DNA of 63,218 nucleotides, filler included, from Nemertoderma westbladi (lineage: Eukaryota > Animalia > Xenacoelomorpha), in NCBI GenBank assembly GCA_032718475.1. It is 3 parts of 3 records of this genome, joined end to end, with 100 filler letters (N's around TTAATTAATTAA, not from the genome) between each part and the next. Parts side by side here need not be neighbours in the genome. Positions count along the whole stretch, not along the records: positions 52,662 to 63,218 come from JAUCBJ010002583.1; 2 more parts are not named here. The stretch is one strand, 5' to 3'. Shown here piece after piece: positions 52,662-63,218 of the stretch (the first letter of the stretch is position 1; each line of letters starts with the position of its first letter). The position numbers and the translations under genes were made by a program. Under the pieces are notes generated by a model, which worked only from the letters and a program-made list of their open reading frames with translations, did no database searches and was not told where the DNA came from.

Positions 52662-52927
52662 TCACTAAGTTAGCATACTGGTTCTAATATTAGTATTAAG
52701 GACATCACTAAGTTAGCATACTGGTTCTAATATTAGTATTAAGGACATCACTAAGTTAGCATACTGGTTCTAATATTAGTATTAAGGACATCACTAAGTT
52801 AGCATACTGGTTCTAATATTAGTGTTAAGGACATCACTAAGTTAGCATACTGGTTCTAATATTAGTGTTAAGGACATCACTAAGTTAGCATACTGGTTCT
52901 AATATTAGTATTAAGGACATCACTAAG
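52662..52927. repeat. 43-bp tandem repeat, 6+ near-identical copies running into the gap
   Basis: Unit TCACTAAGTTAGCATACTGGTTCTAATATTAGTRTTAAGGACA. Confidence 0.95.
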
Positions 52928-53330
52928 ATTCATCAATAATATTAGCCATACTGTGAAATTCAATCTGGGTAGTGCAAAAAACTTATAAAGTAAGATTTGG
53001 ACGAAATGTATCATACTATTCGGCCAAAGGTAAAATATCGAATACATATATATTTTATGAAACAAAAGAAATAAAAATTGCCATATAAGTAACGTAGAGC
53101 GGGATAGAACTGATATTAATAGGCCTACGAAATTAATATTCATATTTATCTTAATCATATTTAGTTAAATGGGTAAAAAAAGATAAAAAGATAATCAACA
53201 TGATGTTTAGTGAGTCGCAAAATTATAAGACTCTTAAAATTAAAATTATTTAGTGAAAAAATCATAATAATTGCTTATATATTGATAAAATAACATAAAA
53301 TCAAATATTAGCCGTTCTTTTCGATGCCAA

Positions 53331-55667
53331 TTAGATAAGGGTGTTTAGACGAAGGAGAGGATTTAAGGCCCCCTGTATCGCAGAGCTGATGTTTTTTGAA
53401 ATTTCGGAGATTAAGTCCTGAGAAATTCCGCTTTGTTTGTAACAACTTGCCGCCTCACTGTAGGATTTATTGGAACGTTGACCTAGTTCATCTATATTTT
53501 GGTAGCCCCCACTATAACTAGATTGGATTGCGTTAATGTGGGCACCAGGAGGATGGTCATATGATCGGGGAAATGTATGAGGGTAACTGCCGGGATAACG
53601 GCCGGGATAAGAGAGGCCATCACCGCTGGAGGGGGTTATGCTTGGGGTAGCGGGTTTGTAGACTGGTGAAGTGATGCGGGTCACACCGATTCTTCCACCG
53701 GTACTGGTACTTCTATGGGTAGACTTTGGAGGATAGAATGCAGGGCCCATATGCGTATTTGGTGCAGATGATCGGGTAGATACTGATCTCGAGTAGGATG
53801 ATGGTCCTCTTTTCGTTCCCACTATTGAGAACGTTAAAGGGGAGGTCATGGAGAGCCCCGACGTTATGCATTGCGCCAGTAAGGACTGACCAGCGCGGTT
53901 CATATGTATTCCGTCTTTCCCAAAGTAAGATTTGTCAATAAAATTGTCTATTAGGAATTTATCCCAAGTATTAACCAGAATAAATCCAAGCTTAGTACTC
54001 ATGTACTTAAGGGTATTGTTCATTTCCATAGTTTTGGATATGGTGCTCCCCTTTGTAGAAGGAGGAATTTCAGAAATATAGAGGTTGGTTGGGGAAAACT
54101 GTTCGTGGACTATTTCTATAGATTCCTTTACAAGTTGTTTGAATTCATCCAGAGGACGAGATAGGTCATTTGTACCAACGCCAATGTAACAAGCTTGTAG
54201 ATGTTCTTTATCGTATCGTGATATAAGCGACGGCAAATCTCCAAACGATAACCCCGAGAAAGAGTGAATTTGAGTAGGCATTCCTTTGTGTCCAATTGAA
54301 CGTGGATCAATATGCCGATAAAGTGAGTCGCCAATTATCAAGGTATCAGTTGTTTTATTTCTTCGACGAGGTATGTATTGGGCTTCAAATTCCATTGTAG
54401 TAGCCTCCGTCGTCGCTAACCGCGCTGGAGGTACGGAGTCCTCCATCGTCACCAACCGCGCTGGAGGTACGGAGTCCTCCGTCGTCGTCAACCGCGCTGG
54501 AGGTACGGAGTCCTCCGTCGTCGTCAACCGCGGTGGAGGTACGGAGTCCTCCATCGTCGTCAACTGCGCTGGAGGTATGGAGTCCTCCGTCGTCGCCAAC
54601 CGCGCTGGAGGTACGGAGTCCTCCGTTGTCTCCAACCGCGCTGGAGGTACGGAGTTCTCCGTCGCCGGCAACCGCGGTGGAGGTACAGGGTCCTCCGGTA
54701 TCGCCAACAGTCCTGGAGTCGCCAAACCGCGTTGGACTCCGATAAATTCCTCTCGTAGTAAGGTCATGTCTGCAGCTAGTTGTGCGAAGTCATGTCGTAA
54801 GGTTACCAGTTATTTTCGGCAGTCACAGCCGCAGTTGACCATAATGTCTTGCCTTCTTAATATGGTTGTGGATTCGTTTACCTCTGGGTTGTTATTGGTT
54901 GCCGGTTCCCAATTTTCTCTACTTCGTGTATTAGTATTAATATGGGAGGGGGAGTAGAAGGTATCATCGACATCAAATACCTCGGCCTCCGGTGGTTCCG
55001 GACCAGGCCAGGGCGTCATGTCGACATCGCTGTTTATAAGTACAGAACCATTTGGCCTATCCACGTACTCCTTCACTGGAGTACCTGTACCGGTACGTAA
55101 AGGTCGCTCAGCAGATCGGGGACCGTTGATTGTCGGTGTCGGTGAGTTATTGTGTAGTGACATGATTAGACTGCTCGGTAATTCCAGCCGGGAGTCATCC
55201 AGCGTGGGTTTAATATATGGGGCCGAATTGCGTCGTACAGTTTTAGGTCGACAGTTGTTGGCTGTTGGGCCTAACCCCTCCGTAATGTATGGTATTAGAG
55301 GTCTATTTTTAGTCAGCCGCTGAACTAATTCTGCTTTCGATCCACTGGTTTTTTGGTCCAGTAGGGATAGTTCTGTTTTCAGGGTAGCTATTGACCAGCT
55401 GTTAAAATCTACTTGGCGTGTAGCACCCATATCCGCACCTACCTGTGTCGGTATAGGAGGTGGGTATGATACATTAGTTCCCGCTCCTGGTTGTGCTCTA
55501 GTTTCCGAGGACAACGTTGGTATGTCCGACATCGCGCCCGTATTCGTCGCGTGTCGGCTGGCGTGCGGGCTGTCGGGTTGTTCGTTAGAATCCGTGATTT
55601 TAATGAAGAATAAGACGGTCGAGTTATTATAGTCGGGAAATAAATTTATTAATATTAATTCTGCCAT
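53331..55667 (-). pseudogene. SAP domain + coiled coil + 13-aa repeats + SGNH/GDSL esterase; LINE ORF1-like, one in-frame stop
   Basis: ORFs 54810-55667 and 53331-54767 share a frame; SAP-like WSIATLKTELSLLDQKTSGSKAELVQRL; SGNH blocks IIGDSL, GVGTNDL and DGIH; 39-bp tandem repeats at about 54405-54730. Confidence 0.8.
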
Positions 55668-57541
55668 TAATGTCTGAAACGCTCCCGACAGTCCAATGTA
55701 TCTGGACCCGAGCAGCCGAGTTGCTTCAAGAGGTGATTAACGGGGGAATCCTACGCAGTGCTACGGAATTGCTTGTTTGTCAGTACGATTCTATTTGGGT
55801 ATTTACTACATTCAGACACTGGGAATACGGCGGTCGGTCAGATCGTAATGCGGGCCACTGCAGCACTGCCAAGTTTCTCATGCCTCACTCCAGTCACCCA
55901 CCTTGGAGTGCGGTGGGAAGAGTCCCACTTACTGACTTACGTCGACGACTGGACGAATCGACGAGGATTGCGATCTGGGTTTAGCGGCGGCCCGGATCCT
56001 GGTATCGCCTGGGGGAAATGGTTGAACGTCGGGCATACTTGTATCGCACTGGATTACGTTCTCTGCGACGTGAAAGTGTGAAGCGAATTCGTTGTCGAAT
56101 TGGGTCGAAAGCTGCGGGAATTCTACTGTTCTACGGGAGTAAACCGCAGCGGTCCGGTGACTACGGACGGATACTACTGGGATAAGCAGGTATTTCGATC
56201 GAGTTTCTCGTATTCTCGATGCTCGAGGCGGATAGAGAGTTGGTTGTGTTGGACGGTGTTGTTCAATTCTATCAAACGTATTAAATAATTGGTAAAATAA
56301 TAAAAACACACCAGGTAAAGATACTGAGCTTATGGTAAAGAGATAGGCCGAACTTACAATTTCCAAATAGATTGTTCATATAATAAATATATTTTTGGTA
56401 TTTGATTTCAAGATAGGGGGGGGGGGGTGGGGGGGGACTGGACGCAATAAAAATTAATCCCTCTCCAGGGGAAATTGGACGCAAATAACAACAGCTGATT
56501 ACTCTCAAAAATAAAACTGTAACCTGTTCTATTGTGTTTACTTTATTGTTTTGGTTAAAATAACGTGCCACTGTAACCTGCTCCTTTCCCAAAATTGAGA
56601 AATTAATATTGAGGCGGGATATTAATTCGCCAAGATGGGATTTGCGTCCAGTCCCACCCCCCTCCTATCTCTTGATTTTACTAAAAAATAGAATACATTG
56701 CATTTTACTGTTATAATTACTGTATTGAATAAAAAATTAATTTATTGTTTATTAAACCGTACTAAGCACGTTGAACTGGAGCTTTAACAATTCCCCACTA
56801 GCGGCAGACAGGAACTGTAAAAGTCTCTGTAGAATTTCTAATTAAGCAATGCTCTTAGGTAACTACCACTAAATTTCAGATGAATCTGATCGTTGGTTCT
56901 ATAATTACAGCTATTTTTACGTTTCTGTTAATTCGCCCCCTAGCGGCAGACAGGGGAACTGTAGAAGTCTGTCTGTGTGTCGAATTTCAAAATTTTTTAT
57001 AGACTACATGTGTACCAAGTTTGGTTCCATTTCATCCTTGATTAACTGACTTATAAGCGTTCAAACATTCCTGCCACAAACATAGCCAGAGGCAGCCACA
57101 AACAAATAAAAGCTGCAGGAACTCTAGCGATAATTAATTAATTAATTATTAAATACTGTTTCAATTAAATTACTTACGAAAATCTAGTCATCTTCTTTTA
57201 AATATGGACCCTGCATTCGTGGAAAATATAATATTTGATAATTCAGCAGTCAGCCTACGCTAATTTCACAGCAAAGTCCTTGTCATGGCCTGTGTGTAGT
57301 AGGCCATGGTACCACCCTACTACCGGTACCGGCTGACCGGTGGCAACTAGCACTTCAGCACTTGCACAGCAACAGCACTACCGGCGATACACAGGTTGAA
57401 ATTTATGTAGAGTTTGCTCAACAGTACAGATATAAAATAGTTATCTAAATTATATATATTACTATTGACAAGTATTGAAATATATACCGTTATTCGTGTT
57501 ATCAGTATTTGCAACATCTGACATTGAAGAGGTGAGAGAAG

Positions 57542-57880
57542 ATGAATACCGGCACTCAACAAAACCAACGCTTATCACAGGTCGGTATGGTTACCTCGAA
57601 ACCGGCGCGACTGTCCACTCGAATACAACTTCAAAACACAAACGCCAACAATAAACTGAAAGCGAATCGAACGTCTTCAGAAGAATCTGTCATTGGGACG
57701 AAGAAAAGGAAGCCGAAACCGCGGGAATGGACCACAGCTAAGATTGAATGCTCCCATTGTCAGAGTTCCTGGACCGAAATTGAAACACCAATTGCCGATG
57801 GGCTTGATCTCTCAAACCAAAACTTCCTCTGCGGGGTTTGCGTGGCAGTAAAGATTGAAAGTTTGGAAGCTGGCATCCCT
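57542..57880 (+). pseudogene. Possible LINE ORF1 N-terminal zinc-finger remnant
   Basis: CSHC...CGVC followed by KIESLE; lies upstream of the CR1 RT relics on the same strand. Confidence 0.3.
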
Positions 57881-58259
57881 AGGTATTATTATTATAAAGA
57901 GCGTCAGCCTGCGTTTAATAAATATATTTTAATACAAAACAGGTCGAACGCAAAGAGGCTTATAATGAAGACGAGTACTGCATTGATTATATTCCTATAA
58001 ACCACCTGGCTTTGCATATTGAACGTGCGTTTGGAAATAAGTTCGTGCTACCCTTCCGTGGGTGGTAGATGTCGCGGTTATGTATTGGTGGGAGGGGGGG
58101 GGGGGGTGCAGATTAAAAGGGGTGAACACGTACTGTCCCCCTTTCTTTGATTAATTGGTGGTGTGGGTTAATCTCTCATAACCTGATTTTGTGATACAGT
58201 CGCACAATTTTAATTTGTATCTCATAACTGGGCCTCGTGCTGCGCGAAGGCCCCACGAA

Positions 58260-59942
58260 CGTGTTATACCTGTATATAAGAAAGATGATGCATCTAATCC
58301 TTATAATTACCGACCTGTGTCACTTACATTATGGAGCAGTGTATTAAACAAGATTTGTGTGATTACTTATTTACTAACAAATTAATTAATAAGGCCCAAC
58401 ATGGCTTCCTAAAAAATAAGTCTACATGTACCCAGCTATTAGAATGTACAAAGGATTGGATTAAATTATTAGATAGAAAGTGCACTGTTGATGTAATCTA
58501 CATAGACTTTGCGAAAGCCTTTGATTCTGTTGTGCACCAAAAACTTTTATGTAAACTTTCTTCTTACGGTATAGTAGGTGACTTATTTTATTGGTTAAAG
58601 GCTTTTCTCGCATATAGATCACAACGTATTTTAGTTGGTAGTAGTTTCTCGGATTATAGTCCAGTTACGTCGGGCACCATACAAGGTAGCGTACTAGGTC
58701 CAATTTTATTTGTACTTTTTATTAACGATTTACCGGATATTTTTAATTTAGGGTTATCGTGTAAACTATTTGCTGACGACGTCAAAATATAGGCGCCATC
58801 CAGCGACCACTTACTGATATCACAGTCCCTGTACAAAATCACAGAATGGTCTAATAAATGGCAGTTGAATATCGCTCCACACCAATGTATAGTGCTCTAT
58901 TTAGGTTACAATAACCCTCAACAGCAATATTTTCTAGATAGTAAACTTGTTAAAGCAGAGGATGATTGTAAGGATCTGGGAGTTACGATTTCTTCTGATT
59001 TTAAATTTAATAAACATTGCCATGAGCGTGCTCTGAAATCAACTAAAGTAATCAATATGATTTTTATCGTACTCGTAATGTGGCAGCCCTAATTTGTGCT
59101 TATAAATCTTACGTGCGTCCCTTATTGGAATATTGTACAGTAATTTGGTCTCCTTTTACCAAAGGACATATAGATCTGATCGAACACGTACAGAGATATT
59201 TTACGCGCAGATTATTTTTTAGATGTAAATTAACCATGGTGCCTTATTTAGATAGACTTGAGTACTTAAACTTACAACCACTCGAAGTTAGACGTCATGT
59301 GTTTGATTTAAAACAGGTTTACTCTATAATCACCGGTGCAGTGCAAATGAATTTTGATGATTTTTTTAGCTTTGCTTCACGAAGGGGTCTTAGTGGTCAC
59401 CAATATAAATTGCAACACAATTTTTGCCGCCTACAAATTTGTCAGAAATATTTTTGTAATAGGATAGTTAGTATGTGGAACGACCTACCTTCTAATGCTG
59501 CATCAGCCCCAAACATTAATATTTTTAGTAATATTTTAGTACGGGATGTAGACCTTTTAAAATACTGCAGTTTTAACAGATTTTAATAATAATTGGATTA
59601 TTTTTGGCATAACTCATGTTATTATATAATACTATTTATTGTTAATATACCAATTTCAGTACGGGCAGTAGAAAAATATCTTTAACAATATTTTTTAGAA
59701 AAATATTTTTATCAGGGAAACGTTTAATTATTTAATACTTTTTAGTTACTTTTACATGTACTTATAACGATTAGTATACAAATTAATTAACTTAAATAAT
59801 GGAATGGCTAACCGTAAGTGCACGGGCCTGGTTAGTCTCCTCCCCCACTACTTACTGTATATATTTTTATCTAAAGATCTATTTTATTTGAAATAAATTT
59901 CATATGTGCAATTTTTGACTATGGGTGTAATAATAATAATAA
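58260..59942 (+). mobile_element. CR1-clade LINE RT relic, copy A
   Basis: NYRPVSLT, QHGF, YIDFAKAFDSV, QGSVLGPILF, FADD, YVRPLLEYC and WNDLP motifs; (TAA)n tail. Confidence 0.9.
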
Positions 59943-61692
59943 TACATGCATAGCGTGCAAAATTATGGAATTATGTATAAAGGATGAGTTACTCAATTAT
60001 TTATATTCTCATAAATTGATTACCAAAGCACAACATGGTTTTATAAAGAAGCGATCTACTTGTACGCAACTACTTGATTGTGTTAATGAATGGTGTACTC
60101 TATTGGATGGGCGTATAAGTACTGTACAGATATTATTTACATTGACTTTGCTAGGGCATTTGATTCTGTGTTGCATAATAAACTAATCTGTAAACTTAGC
60201 AGTTATGGTATTTCTGGTGACTTGTTGCTTTGGTTCATTGCCTTTCTATCCAATCGTTCCCAAAAGATTGTAGTTGGTACTGGTAATGCTTTTTCCTCAG
60301 ATTGTAATCAATGTAATATCAGGTCAACCCCAGGGAAGCGTTTGTGGTCCCTTATTGTTCTTGTTATTTATAAACTATTTACCCGATGTTGTTGATCCTG
60401 TGGCCTGTAAACTTTTTGCTGACGATGTAAAGCTGTACGCGAATTCTACCGATAGAGTTTCCCCCGTCCGTGCCTTATCTTCATTGGGCTGAAACCTGGC
60501 AATTAAATATTGCTTCCCACAAATGCAACGTGCTTTACATCGGTCCAGAGGAGAGAAATTACATTGACACTACATATAAGTTGTGCGGTAAATCAATTGA
60601 AGTAGTTACATATTGTAGGGATTTGGGAATATCTGTGTCTAACGACCTCAATTTTGACAAATACTGCCGGGAACAATCGGCTAAGGCTTTTAAATTGACT
60701 AATCTTATTTTTAAATGCTTTCATACGGCAAATTTTTCAGCTTTACTTACTGCTTTACAAGTCATAAGTGCGCCCGGTGGTGCTAGAATACTGTACTCCC
60801 GTCTGGTCTCCATTTCATTTAGGCTCAATCGATTTAGTTGAGAGAGTTCAGCGATATTATACTCGCCGCATACTACTTAGACGCTGCAACTTACCTCCTC
60901 TGAGCTATTTGGATCGACTTGCCTTTCTGAAGCTGGAACCGATTGAAGTACGCCACATAATTTTTGATTTAAAGATGACTTATTGTATTGTAAATAAAAT
61001 TACTGACTTACCTTTTTTAGATTTTTTTTAGCTATGGTCCTTGTGCAGGTCATAACCGTAAATAATTCCATCGGCAAACTCGACTGGAACTATGTAAAAA
61101 TACCTTTTCACAAAGGGTAGTTCCGATATGGAACTGGCTTCCATCCAGAGTGGTCAATGCCGATAATAAATTTATATTTACAAGAACTAAATCAAGGTCA
61201 AGGAACTTATTTCATTATGCCGCTTCAATAGGTTCATGTAATTATTGATTATTATTTGCATATTTGGTGTCCTGATTTTATGGTTTATTTTATTTTTTTT
61301 ATGATTTATTTTTATTTTTTTTAATAATGTTTTTTGCAATTACAGAGATTTCATGACTTAATTTTTATTTATTTTTTGTTTTTATGCGATTGGGTTTTAT
61401 TTCACTTAATGTCTTATTGTAGTCCCTGTCACAATACGTACTGAAGTATGTTTGTCTGATTTTTTTTTTTATTATTTTATCGAGTGTTATTGTTTACATA
61501 ATTATCACGTATATTTGCCCTTATTGTCATTTTATCTGTTTACTATGTGCCTCTTTTTATTATGTGTATTTAGTTTTGTTTTACAGCCGTCAGTGTTGTT
61601 TGTAACCTGGTTGTTTTCTCCTCGACCACATTTTTACTGGTATCTAGTGTTAATAATAATAATAATAATAAATAATAATAATAATAATAATA
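59943..61692 (+). mobile_element. CR1-clade LINE RT relic, copy B (diverged from A)
   Basis: CIACKIME, QHGF, YIDFARAFDSV, QGSVCGPLLF and FADD motifs; long (AAT)n tail. Confidence 0.9.
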
Positions 61693-62481
61693 TCTGACGT
61701 ACATCCATCAATAGTTTACACACGTCGGATATACATTACAGATGTTATTTTTTCACTTTACGCCGAATATATTACTGACTTTGAGTTTTTTTAATCTTGA
61801 GAATCTCTCTGGTACTTTGTCACGCAATGATTTAATATGTGTTTATTTAATTATCCCTCAGACTGTTTCGAATCATCGCATAGGTATAATTATAGAATAT
61901 GTAGGCGGCTACTGCGTATAGTATAAATGGTTGTATTGTAACAAGTCTCAAGATGTAGATAATTAACATTTTTAGATTATCGGCGAATTTATGCTACTCT
62001 TGAGAGAGAGAAAAAACAGACAACGGGTGTGGGTGTTGTGTTGGTGTCGTATTGTAGACGCGGCGCCTGATGTAGGCGTAGGTTTAAGTATATGAGTGAG
62101 TAGGACTTGTGAAATAGAGAGGGAATGAGGGGGGATATGATTGTTGAATATTTCTTTTAAAAATTTCCATCTATGACGTTTAGTTTAATTTAATGCACTA
62201 GTATTCACTCATGTAATATTGTTGTACAGTATGTAACATACAGAAAATAATTACCTAAAAAACTGATCATTAATTAGAGATTTTAAAAGGCAAATTACTG
62301 AATTATAATAAGAAAGTAAAAAGCATCTATACTAAAAACCATAATCAAGCACAAGCGAAAAGAGATACTGAGCATTCAATACCCCTTTATTTTGCAAGAA
62401 GCATTTCATTGAGTCCACCTAGCGTTACAAAATTTGGGTTATCAGTACAATTAGTCCTCTATCGGTACCTTTAGGTATCGC

Positions 62482-63218
<737 letters not shown>

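Noticed and set aside
54373-54957. 194-aa plus-strand repeat ORF
   Set aside because: Antisense shadow of the 39-bp repeats in the SAP-esterase ORF

Overview
AT-rich animal (invertebrate-type) nuclear DNA, built mostly of nested transposable elements and broken by two artificial 100-nt gap linkers (N44-TTAATTAATTAA-N44). There is one clean host gene, a two-exon RUNDC1 (583 aa), plus a frameshifted actin copy running off the right edge with no intron in the visible part. Mobile DNA includes two RTE LINE families with (TAG)n tails and clear TSDs, CR1-, L2/Crack- and RTE-X-like LINE relics, three BEL/Pao LTR-retrotransposon segments, a Penelope-like GIY-YIG fragment with a hammerhead ribozyme, several non-autonomous TIR elements, Helentron-like repeats, a tRNA-derived SINE, satellites, and a SAP + SGNH-esterase ORF. 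The best candidate for something undescribed is a 3' accessory module shared by two diverged BEL/Pao elements. It consists of a hairpin array, a conserved leader with a conserved ATG, and a non-env ORF, with a possible Myb-like start in one copy and three CCHC knuckles at the end in the other. All family calls come from motifs recognised by eye; no database search was run.
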